From contig CM060731.1 of assembly GCA_030704615.1 (NCBI GenBank), positions 72,478,001-72,542,000 of the forward strand: a DNA stretch of 64,000 nt, in the 5' to 3' direction. Numbering within the stretch: the first letter of the stretch is position 1; every line of letters starts with the position of its first letter. This document shows, piece after piece, positions 11,735 to 23,363 of this stretch. Under the pieces are notes generated by a model. The model had not been told where the DNA came from. It did no database searches and saw only the letters and a list, made by a program, of their open reading frames with translations. Both the position numbers and the translations under genes were made by a program. The DNA is from Takakia lepidozioides. Lineage: Eukaryota; Plantae; Bryophyta.

Positions 11735-14700
11735 CATGACAGACTGGCCTAGTGTGTTACATTTTGACATCAAAAATTGGCAAAAAAGAGGGGCACAAAC
11801 AGAGTGCGGCACCGCACACTGTTTGGGGCTTCCCATTGGGGGTGTTTTGAACATGGCAGACTGGCCCTGTGTGGCAGATTTTCTCATCAAAAAACAAGCA
11901 AAGTGGGGGGCACAAACAGTGTGCGTTGCCGCACACTATTTCGTGCTGCCAATTGGGGGTGTTCTGAACATAGCAGACTGGTCTGTCTAGCCAATTTTGA
12001 CATCCAAAAACAAGTAAAGAGGGGGCACAAACAGTATGCGTTGCCGCACACTATTTTGTGCTTCCATGTAGGTGCGATTTGAACTTGGCAGGCAACCATG
12101 ATAAACCCATTTTCACATCAAAAAACAAGAAAAGACGGGGGCAAAAACAGTGTGCGTTGACGCACACTATTTTGTGCTTCCATACAGGAGTGATTTGAAC
12201 ATGGCAGACAGCCCTGGTGTGACACATTTTGAAATAGAAAAACAAGCACAGTGCGGGCATCAAACAGTGTGTGTTGCCGCACACTGTTTTGTGCTTCCAT
12301 CTGCATCTGTTTTGAACATGGCAGACTGGCCATGTTTGGCCCATTTTGACATTAAAATAAATAAATAAACAGTACTGGTGTGACACATTTTGACATTGAA
12401 AAACAAGCAAAGTGGGGGGCACAAACAGTGTGCGTTGCTCCACACTGTTTCGTGCTTCCATGTAGATCTGTTTTGAACATGGCAGATTGGCCATGTTTGG
12501 CCCATTTTGACACAAAAAAAAGGGCAAAGTGGCGGGGCACAAACAGTGTGCGTTTGCCGCACACTGTTTTGTGCTTCCATGTAGGTGCGATTTAAACTTG
12601 GCAGGCAGCCATGTGTGGCCCATTTTGACATCAAAAAACAAGCAAAGACGGGGGCACAAACAGTGTGCATTGACGCACACTGTTTGGTGCTTCCATCTTG
12701 GTGAGATTTGAACATGGCAGAGTGGCCCTGTGTGGCATTTTCGGACATCAGAAAAGAACCAAAAAGAGGGGCACAAGCAGTGTGCGTTACCGCACGCTTT
12801 TTCGTGCTTCCATCTACATCTGTTTTGAACATGGCAGACTGGCCATGTTTGGCCCATTTTGACATTAAAAAAAAAGAAAAAGGGCGGGCACAAACAGTAT
12901 GCATTGCCGCACACTGTTTTGTTCTTCCATGTAGATACAATTTGAACTTAGCAAGCAGCCATGTGTGGCCCATTTTGACATCAAAAAACAAGCAAAGATG
13001 GGGGCACAAACAGTGTGCGTTGCCGCACACTGTTTGTCCTCCCAATTGGGGGTACTTTGAACATAGCAGACAGGCCATGTGTGGCCCATTTTGAAATCAA
13101 AAATTGCCAAAGAGGGGGCAGAAACAGTGTGCGTTGCTGCTCACTGTTTGGTGCTTCCATCTTTGTGTGATTTGGACATGGCAGACTCGCCCTGTGTGGC
13201 ATTTTTGGACATCAGAAAAGAACCAAAAGGGGGGGCAAAAACAGTGTGCGTTGCCGCACACTGTTTCGTGCTTCCATCTACATCTGTTTTGAATATGGCA
13301 GACTGGCCATGTTTGGCCCATTTTGACATTAAAAAAAATAAAAAAATGGCGGGCACAAACAGTGTGCGTTGCCGCACACTGTTTTGTTCTTCCATGTAGA
13401 TACAATTTGAACTTAGCAGGCAGCCATGTGTGGCCCATTTTGACATCAAAAAACAAGCAAAGATGGGGGCACAAATAGTGTGCGTTGCCGCACACTGTTT
13501 GTCCTCCCAATTAGGGGTATTTTGAACATGGCAGACAGGCCATATGTGGCCCATTTTGAAATAAAAAATTGGCAAAGAGGGGGGCACAAACACTGTGCGT
13601 TGCTGCACACTGTTTGGTGCTTCCATCTTTGTGTGATTTGAACATGGCAGACTTGCCCTGTGTGGCATTTTTGGACATCAGAAAAGAACCAAAAAGGGGG
13701 GCGAAAACAGTGTGCGTTGCCGCACACTGTTTCGTGCTTCCATCTACATCTGTTTTGAACATGGCAGACTGGCCATGTTTGGCCCATTTTGACATAAAAA
13801 ATAAATAAATAAAAAGGCGGGCACAAACAGTATGCATTGCCGTACACTGTTTTGTTCTTCCATGTAGATACAATTTGAACTTAGCAGGCAGTCATGTGTG
13901 GCCCATTTTGACATCAAAAAACAAGCAAAGGTGGGGGCACAAACAGTGTGCGTTGCAGCACACTGTTTGTCCTCCCAATTAAGGGTATTTTGAACATGGC
14001 AGACACGCCATGTGTGGCCCATTTTGAAATCAAAAATTGGCAAAGAGGGGGGCACAAACAGTGTGCGTTGCTGCACACTGTTTGGTGCTTCCATCTTTGT
14101 GTGATTTGAACATGGCAGACTCGCCCTGTGTGGCATTTTTGGACATCAGAAAAAGGGGGGGCAAAAACAGTGTGCGTTGCCGCACACTGTTTCGTGCTTC
14201 CATCTACATCTGTTTTGAACATGGGAGACTGGCCATGTTTGGCCCATTTTGACATTAAAAAATAAAATAAAAATGGCAGGCACAAACAGTGTGCGTTGCC
14301 GCACACTGTTTTGTTCTTGTTCAAATCACATCTACATGGAAGCACAAAATAGTGTGCGGCAACGCACACTGTTTGTGCCCCCCTTTTAGCTTGTTTTTTG
14401 ATGTGACAATGTGCCACACAAGGCCAGCTTGTCATGTTCCATACACCCCTAATTGGAAGCACCAAACAGTGTGCGGCAACGCACACTGTTGGTGCCCCCC
14501 TTTTTGGTTCTTTTCTGATGTCCAAAGATGCCACACAAGGCCAGTCTGCCATGTTCAAATCACACCAAGATGGAAGCATCAAACAGTGTGCGGCAACGCA
14601 CACTGTTTGTGCCCCCCTCTTTGCCAATTTTTTGATTTCAAAATGGGCCACACATGACTTGTCTACCATGTTCAAAACACCCTTAATTGGAAGCACAAAC

Positions 14701-16255
14701 AGTGTGCGGCAACGCACACTGTTTGTGCCCCCACCTTTGCTTGTTTTTTGATGTCAAAATGGGCCACACATGGCTGTTTGCCAAGTTCAAATCGCACCTA
14801 CATGGAAGCACAAAACAGTGTGCAGCAACGCACACTGTTTATGCCTCTCACTTTGTTTTTTTTTTAATGTCAAAATGGGCCACACATGGCCAGTCTGCCA
14901 TGTTCAAAACAAATGTAGATGAAAGCACGAAACAGTGTGCGGCAACGCACACTGTTTTTGCCCCCCTTTTGGTTCTTTTCTGATGTCCAAAAATGCCACA
15001 CAGGGCGAGTCTGCCACGTTCAAATCACACAAAGATGGAAGCACCAAACAGTGTGCAGCAACGCACACTGTTTGTGCCCCCCTCTTTGCCAATTTTTGAT
15101 TTCAAAATGGGCCACACATGGCCTGTTTGCTATGTTCAAAATACCCCTAATTGGGAGGACAAACAGTGTGCGGCAACGCACACTGTTTGTGCCCCCATCT
15201 TTGCTTGTTTTTTGATGTCAAAATGGGCCACACATGGCTGCCTGCTAAGTTCAAATTGTATCTACATGGAAGAACAAAACAGTGTGCGGCAACACACACT
15301 GTTTGTGCCCGCCATTTTTTTATTTTTTTTAATGACAAAATGGGCCAAACATGGCCAATCTGCCATGTTCAAACAGATGTAGATGGAAGCACGAAATAGT
15401 GTGCGGCAACGCACACTGTTTTTGCCCTCTTTTTTGTTCTTTTCTGATGTCCAAAAATGCCACACAGGGCGAGTCTGCCATGTTCAAATCAGACAAAGAT
15501 GGAAGCACCAAACAGTGTGCAGCAACGCACATTAATTGTGCCCCCCTCTTTGCCAATTTTTGATTTCCAAATGGGCTACATATGGCCTGTCTGCCATGTT
15601 CAAAATACCCCTAATTGGGAGGACAAACAGTGTGCGGCAACGCACACTGTTTGTGCCCCCATCTTTGCTTGTTTTTTGATGTTAAAATGGGCCACACATG
15701 GCTGCCGTCTAAGTTCAAATTGTATCTACATGGAGCCCTGGTGTGACACATTTTGACATAGAAAAACAAGCAATGTGGGGGGCACAAAAAGTGTGCGTTG
15801 CCGCACACTGTTTTGTGCTTCCATACAGGTGTGATTTGAACATGGCAGACAGCCCAGGTGTGACACATTCTGACTTCAAAAAACAACCAAAGACGGGGGC
15901 ACAAACAGTGTGCGTTGCGCACACTGTTTAGTGCTTCCATCTTGGTGTGATTTGAACATGGCAGACTGGCCTTTTGTGGCATTTTTTGACTTCAGAAAAG
16001 AACCAAAAATGGGGGCACAAACAGTGTGCGTTGCCGCTTACTGTTTGGTGCTTCCAATTAGGGGTGTATGGAACATGACAGGCTGGCCCTGTGTTGCACA
16101 TTTTCACATCAAAAATCAAGCAAAAAAGGGTGCACAAACAGTGTGCGTTGCCGCACACTGTTTTGTGCTTCTAGGTAGGTGTAATTTGAACATGGCAGAT
16201 AGCCCTGGTGTGACACATTTTGACATAGAAAAATAACAAGGTGGGGGGCACAAGC
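11735..16255. repeat. Tandem array of ~116-bp monomers, each with the palindrome AAACAGTGTGCG-TTGC-CGCACACTGTTT (about 38 copies; 4-monomer higher-order unit of ~465-469 bp)
   Basis: Seen directly. Equivalent higher-order positions lie at ~12658, 13122, 13587 and 14056. Orientation flips between ~14319 and ~15734. Confidence 0.95.
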
Positions 16256-16575
16256 TTCATATCCTTTGCAGGGTTTGCTTTTCATCCAAACACAATACGA
16301 CTTCTTGTGGCTTCTTGTCTTTGAAGACAATTTTTCTAGTTGGTGTCTCTCAGTGTGGCTGTCTGCGGAGTTCGGTGCAGACTTTCGCCGAGGCATTTCA
16401 TTCTTACAGAAGATTGTAATCCCCAAAATCCGTTGCATGTATCGCCCGCAGTCTTTGGAACACTGCTACCCTTATTCACCTCAGTTCGTTTGGGGTGGAT
16501 CCCCTTTCGAGAATTACGGGCTATCAGTTCGGGGGACCGTTTTTGGATCGCAACTTTGGGTTAGTGTAGGAGAAC

Positions 16576-19094
16576 ATGTCCAGGAAGGGAGACAGACTCG
16601 CTCGATTTCATTCTAATACAGATAGTCTTCCACTGACTGCCACTGCAGATGACGATGGGTTTGCAGTTGTTCATGAGAATGAGCTGGTTATAGTGTTCCC
16701 TCTGGAATTGGGTTCTCTGCTTGTTCAAAAAGAGATGTATGACGAGGATGGGAATTTGGATTATGGGCACTTACAGAAACCATTGGTTGGCGAGTGTGGG
16801 AGGAAGTGGAGAGTCCTTCCAGGCACATACCGGGTCCTTGGAAAAGAGAGAAGACAATCAGCAGGATCGGTAGTTACCCCTGGCACTACAGCATCGGTCA
16901 TGGAGCAGAAGGGCACAGTTCATGTGAAACAAAAGGTAAGCACATCCACTACATTCGTGACTCTTTCAGACTTGTCCTCGGAGGATATTTATGAGATTCC
17001 TCCGCCAGTGCAGAGTTCATTCTTGGATGATGACTAATTGCAAGAGATAACGAGTGTCATTCCGAAATTGAAAGTCCTCGCAGGGGTGGCTGGGTGCAAG
17101 AGCGAGCTGCGTTTTGTTGATTGGGAGTCCCTTCGGGTGCAACGGGTTCAATATGTGCCAGCAGAGTTTGACGGGGACATCTTGTTTGAACTCAACCCTC
17201 CCACGTCTTCCAGTGGACTAGTTGGGCTTCTGCAGAGCATGGACAAGAAACATGACGGACACCCTTGGTGCAAGACAAAAACATCGAGCATCCACAACGA
17301 CATTGGATTGAAATTTCGAAGGTTGGTTTGCGTTGGGCATTGCAAGTGCGTGAATATTTCTTGCCCTTGCTTGAGAAACAGTTCTAAACCAAACGAAAAG
17401 TGAGTGGGAAGGTGTGCCCCTGAATCCTTTCACCCCAGGGCTTGCCCTTCCCAAGACCAATACTTTTGTGTGCATTTGTGATATGCAGTCGGAGGACGCT
17501 GAATCCCAAATGCTCATGTGGAATTCTCTCATGGCCGTCATGCAGCGCAATGGAGTGTAGAGCACAAATTTTGCGGGATTCATGGCTGATAGTGCACAGG
17601 CAAATTTCAATGCAGTGCGGCGCGTCTTTAGTTCGGGGGATCCTAAGGTCCCAATGGAAAATAGGGAGCGCACATGCTTCTTCCATTGGAGTCAATCTCT
17701 GGCATGTCATATAAAGCGCTGTATTTGCCCTGACCTTCAGTTGGAGCACAGAAGGCTCTGCCTCAAGTACAAAAATGCCATCTCAATGGGAGAAGCTGAG
17801 AGCACTTACCAAGCAATCCGGGCTTGGTGGTTCTCCTCTGGTGCTGCTACTGGTATCCACCTGAAGGAGTTGGAGGACTGGTTGGTTTTCTGGCACTTCA
17901 GGTATAGACAGTGGGGAGCTTTCATGACGACGGTAAGCCTCTTCATCCCCAAAAACACAAATTTCACTTTGCATCGTGTTTGTTCCTTTGGGGTTGTTGG
18001 ATTGTCACTTGCAGAACCTCTTCCATTTCCTTTCGTTCCTCACATTTGCATGTAATGCCTCCTGTAGGACATGTCCTAGGAGGACTTGGCCGACATGCCT
18101 TCCTGTAATTTGGCGGAGACTGTTCACAACGCCTGGATGCAGCAGTCTACCAAAGCAGGACGTGACTTGTATGTGGCCACTGCAGATGACATGGTGCGGG
18201 CACTTACACAACAAACCAGATACCATAATTTTCTGATGGGACGGGGCGGAGGCAAGGGCCCTGATACGACTTTGTTGATGCTAAGGGCTGCGAGCAGGTC
18301 CGGAGACCCATCGAAGATGGCCAGAGCTCTGAACAGGTGCACTGAAGGCTCCCCTTTGCAATCCAGGGTCCCCCATTTGGAAGGTGAGGAAAGATTTGGA
18401 TCATGCAAAAGGAAATTGAACACTCCTCCAGGGTCGGATGGAGATTCCCATCGGCCGGACAGGGTCAATTTCTCTGTACCAAATGTGTCTTTGGTGCAGA
18501 CTAAGTCATGTGCCCGCCCCTTCCCAGGCGGGTCTTCCAGTGGAGCAGGTGCAAATCATGCAAGCACAACAACAGGAATCCCATTGGAGGAGGTGGTGTC
18601 CTTGGTGCATGAATCTGATTGCATTGACAGTGAGTGGCATATAGAATGCACCCCACCAGGATCTAGAGTGGCTTGCATGGCAATTCGGACCCCCTCTTTC
18701 AAGAAATGCAAATAAAAAATATGCAAAGGCTCCAGGGGGACTCCAGCTCCAACATTCACAGGGTTGTTCCGACCTTATCATAGTGGGGAGTCAAAGGACC
18801 ACAAGTGGTTCTGCCCAGACGATATGGCACAATGCATCAAGGGAATAGTTCATCCTTTGGTGATAATGAAGCCCCCTCCGCCCGCAATTTGGCCTGTGAA
18901 ACTTGGGACGTCGCTGTCATCAACTGAGATAAGCATGCTGGAGGAGGGAGGGTTCCATCTTGCACAGTCCCGGGTGGTGCCCTCATGCACTCTGGGCACA
19001 GATGTGCCACATGCTCCGGCAATGCCTCCACCCGGTGCCAACTCCCACCCAACAAAAATAGATGGAAAAACCGTGCGCCGTGTCGCTTCAGGTG
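16576..19094 (+). pseudogene. Mutator-like transposase, copy A (stops, internal deletion at ~17470, C-terminus displaced by inversion)
   Basis: Near-identical peptides to 53719-57282 (KKHDGHPWC, ADSAQANFNAVRRVF, CFFHW, CNLAETVHNAW). Stops at 17035, 17401, 17558 and 18713. Confidence 0.9.
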
Positions 19095-22000
19095 GTGATA
19101 GCCAAGTCGTATACTCTATCGGGTATATAAACTTAGCCTCAGCCAGCTTCTTTATCTCCTCCCCAACCTTCTGTGCATAGTTGGGATTCATCTTATATCT
19201 TGCTTGTTTGATTGGTACAGAACCTGGTTCCAACTCAATCTTGTGCTGGCATATTTCAGGGGGTATCCCCTTCAGATCTTCATAACTCCATGCCAATACA
19301 TCCTTGTATTTGATAAATAGGCTCTTAGCTTCTTCAAAGAATTCCGGCTCCAAGTCAGCCCTAACTTTCACCATTTTTGGTTACTCCTCAGTTCCCACAT
19401 TGACTTCTCTCACCTGCTCTTGAGCTGTGATAGTCCATCCAACCACTACATCTTGCAAACTCACAGTGGCTGGTTCCTCTAGGATTTCTATTTCTCCCTC
19501 TCTTTCTTCATAGAAATGTGGTGGGTAACTGCTTGTTTCCCCCTCAATTGGTGTTGTTGGTACTGCACCCACAACATATACCCTTGAAACAACTTAGTCC
19601 TCCCAGTTGCATTTTTGCAACCTGCTCCTACTATGGGTGTGCAGCAAACAGAGTAGCCTCTTGCTCTTCATCAATTCCTCCCCTCCAGTCATATTCCCTG
19701 ACTCCACGAGGTCTTCTAGTAGCAGGTAGTCTACCTGATTTCTTAGTTGAAATCTGTATCTTGTGCTTATCCTTGCGCACAGTTAGAATCTGTGTATTCC
19801 AGTCATGAAATAAATTGGCCTGTTTCAGCCATGGTCGTCCCAACAGTAAGGAATATACTTCCATGACATCATCCATTTTCAATACAGTCACAGTGATCTT
19901 AAAGACCAACTTCTGAATCAGTATTTTCACTCCTCTTATGAAGCTCAATGGTTGTACACTCCTTTGATCTGCCATTGTTACTGTGAACGGGGCTGGTTTC
20001 ATGTTATTTAGACCAAGCTTCTGCCTTAATTGGTCTGTCATGATATTCATTCCTGAGCCTCCATCTATCAGTATATCAGTCAGGTTTGTGCTTCCAATTC
20101 TCATTTGGATTACTGGCATAGAATCATCAAAGTCCATGACAGTTTCTTGCCCTTCAGTTTTCACATTATAACTTGTCACCTTGCTGTTCAGGTCTGCATT
20201 CTTTGTCACATGAGCAATCTGATTGATTGCTTGATACAGCCTGTATCTGCAATGGGTACCACAGCGAATAGCTGCCCAATTGTAATCTCAGCTTTGGATT
20301 GGAATATTACTTCAGCCAAGGCCCCTTCATTATCTTGAACCTGTGAAGCATCTTGCTTCATTTCATCTTCACTTTCGTCATTTTCTTCTTCAGAGTCTAT
20401 TGACTCTGCTATAGGGATATTTGTCTCATTCTGCATTTCCCTTATAACTTCTGCCACTTCCTTGTGCAGTTCCTTCTCATCTCTCCATGCCTCATCATCT
20501 TCAGGCACATCACTACCATCCTCATTCACATCTTCCTCCTCATCCACTAGAGGTAATAGTTTAGCCTTGCTTTTGGTAACTATCATTGTACTTACTTCTG
20601 GTACAAAACATGGCATAACCATGTGAGCTGCCACTACCGGCCCCTCATTCACAGGAGCTCTCATCTCATTCTGGTGTCTGATCCAGAATGGATAGGCTCG
20701 ATGTCTTGCCTGGTTATAATAGTAAAACAGTTCTTCACCATTGGGTCCTCGCCCTTGGTCTATTCTGGGATTATTTCTATTATCCTGATTCCCTGGCTGG
20801 TAATTCCCCCTTGGATTACCCTTATAGTTGCCTCCGGGATTGCCTTGGTAATTTCCTCTTGGATTACCTCTTCCTGCCATACCATTGTTATATCTACCGG
20901 GCCTACCATAGTGGTCCTGGTCATTGTTTCTTCTTGGCTGGGGCTGCACTTGATGCACCCGTATTTGCCTAGGTTCCTTTGTAGTTGTTTTCTTGTTGTA
21001 ATAACAATTCTCAGTGGAATGGTTATCCATCTTACAGATTGCATAGTGCTTCTCTTTCATGTGGCACTCTGCTGTGGTATGGCCTTCATTTTGGCATTTT
21101 GAACACCAGACTCCCTTCCTCCAATGGGTTGCAGCCTCTGTTGCATATTTCTTCAAGATTTCTTCCTATCTCTTTTCATAGTTGTCCTTCTTCAACTTTT
21201 CCTTCTTCTTGTTCTTCCTCTTGAGCTCTTGCTCTTCTTCCTCATCTGATTCATCTTCAGAGTCATCATCATCCCTCTTATCCTTCCGGAGCATTCCTAA
21301 TTGCTCAATCTTGTTGGTTGTTTCAAATGCTTCCTCCACTGTACGATGAGGTAGCATATCCATTTTCTTTTGTAATTCTGGTCTTAGTCCACTCACAAAC
21401 CAAGTCTTCTGTAATTTTGCTGCTAGTATAGCAGCCAGCTTTCTTATCATCAACTCCATCTTCTCCAGGTATTCCTCAACAGTTTCATGCTTCTTCTGTC
21501 TCAACTGTTGTAGGCTACTGTACACCTCGTCCTTAGTTTTGCTTGTCCTGAATCTGTTCCGGAATGTTGTGCTAAGGTTGAATCCCAGCTTTGAAAATGG
21601 TCATCAGGAAATCGAGCATACCACTCAATAGTCTTAACTTTGAATCATCATCATTCTCATTGTTCTCTATGCACATTTTCTCAAACTGATTGATATGTAC
21701 ATCAGGATTCCCTTTCCCTCCATAGATTGAAAAAGGTGGTTTTTCTCGAGTTGGGGCTACTGCCGCCATCTGTGGCCCTACTCCCTGCCCTGCTGCAGGT
21801 GCTGGTCTTCCTGTAGGTGCTGGTCCTTGAGGACCTGCTGTGGTTGTGGTTGAACTCCCACCAGGTGCTGGCCCCTGAGCACTTCCTGCTACTGGCCCCC
21901 CTATATTTGCAGTACCCGCAGCACCAGTTGAACTGCTTCCCACACTCCTTGTCCCCCCAGAGCCAGATCCAAGCTGCCCGCCTGATCCCCCTGAGCCGAC

Positions 22001-22602
22001 ACCTGTGATGGCCTGTGATTCAAGTGCTCCACTTGGTCCAGGTCCAACAGGTTTGGGATGTCCTGGTTGTAGTCTCAACCTCAATTGTTGGGTCTACGTC
22101 TTCATACCCTTCGTCTTCCAAGTTATTCTTTTTGTTTTCATCTTCCAAGTTCTTATCTTGGATTTCTTCTTCCTCACTCATATAAGTCAACTGAAGTGGT
22201 GTTGGAGTGTCTGAACTCTCCGATGGCCCTTCTTCATCCTCCTCCCTGTCGTTAGCTGGTGTATCAGAAACTACTGTTCCTGCTCTGGGTGTACTGTGCC
22301 AACTTTGATCAAAGATTTCTGTCAAATCTTTAATCCAGGGTTTCCCTTGAGTTCTTCCCCTCGTACTTGATCTTCTTCTTCCACCAGATCTTTTAATCTC
22401 TCTTGTAAGGAATAAATAGGTGTGATATCTAAATTAGAATCTTTAGGTATAGTTGATGAACTTTTTGGTCTTAGTGGTGTGAGAGGCCCAGATGACTCTC
22501 CTATATCTATTCCCTTCTGCCAAAGATACGGATAATTAGCTTTTAAATAGCTTTCCCTTTTCGCTGAATATCTGTGGAGTCGAGCTTCCCTTTCATCACT
22601 CA
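19093..22602 (-). mobile_element. Ty3/gypsy retrotransposon (non-chromovirus type): gag, protease and start of RT, degenerate and inverted
   Basis: Retrotrans_gag-like LRQKKHETVEEY; zinc knuckles WCSKCQNEGHTTAEC and ICKMDNHSTENC; protease ILIDGGSGMNIM..LLGRPWL; pre-RT KYKDVLAWSYEDLKGI..HKIEL..YPIEYTTWLSP. Confidence 0.9.
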
Positions 22603-23363
22603 CAGCGTAGCTACGGCGTGAGCCCAGCCCCGTGAGCCTGGGAGCTGAGCTCACGTTGTAGCTGCAAAGCGTGAGCTGAGCTCACGCTTCAGGGAAGCGT
22701 GAGCGGCACAAATCTGCTGGAGAAGCAGGTCCTATAGGCGAGAATTGCAAGAAGAGGGCCTATTACCGTGGACAAAACAAAGGGGGCCACCATGCACCAT
22801 GTCTGCAATGCCTGCACAAAAAGAGGAATATGAACACATGGCAGATTTGAGCTTAGAATGATTGACACACTTTATTCAATTCACAGATAGACACTTACAA
22901 TGAATGGCATGTGCAATTGCCCTGGTTCCGTGAACGAAATGTATGTGTTTGTACTAAATGCAAAGTCTTCACACGATAACCTGGAAACCAGAATGGGAAG
23001 TGGGCATGGCTCGTATGTGTTCAAAGCGAATCTGGCGGAGCCCTACGTGAGGTGTCCCGCTGTAGAAGAGTGATGACTTCTCCGTAGCCTAGTGTGGCTT
23101 GGTGAATGAATTGGTCTCTCTTACCGTCGTAGCACATAATTACAAGGTATATGTAATATTGATGCTTGCAGGGGACCCACTTCCCTCTCATGCCGAGAGC
23201 GCCCTCACGCATTGTTACAAAATCCGGACAAGTGCACGTAGGGAAATTCCCCACGGTAACCTGATATTCTTTGCCATGAAGAACTGAGCCAGTAGACAAC
23301 ACTGTGTAAATCCGTCCATACCCCGGGGCCGGGACTTCGGTGATACAAGTCACCCGAGCCTGC
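22603..23363 (-). mobile_element. Inverted 3' end of copy A: SWIM zinc-finger exon (23363-23021), 3' region and terminal repeat
   Basis: CTCPDF..PCKHQ SWIM motif. Reverse complement of ~56940-57702. Confidence 0.9.

Larger units (their letters stand above)
7746..23363. mobile_element. Copy A of the ParB-MTase Mutator-like element: left-truncated, internally deleted, 3' end inverted and intermixed with a gypsy element
   Basis: Collinear with 45983-57702. The terminal sequence CAGCGTAGCTACGGCGTGAGCCC at 22603 is the reverse complement of the copy B end at 57702. Confidence 0.9.

Noticed and set aside
11663-16236. Many Cys/His-rich ORFs (CGNAHCLCP.., KQCAATHTV..) as zinc-finger or metallothionein genes
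   Set aside because: They are translations of the tandem palindrome in all six frames, with frequent indels in A-tracts and no frame preservation. The same applies to 50053-52140.
18850-19374. 174-aa ORF as a real protein (also 22322-22654 and 23021-23431)
   Set aside because: Chimeric read-through across inversion or insertion junctions between gypsy and MULE sequence.
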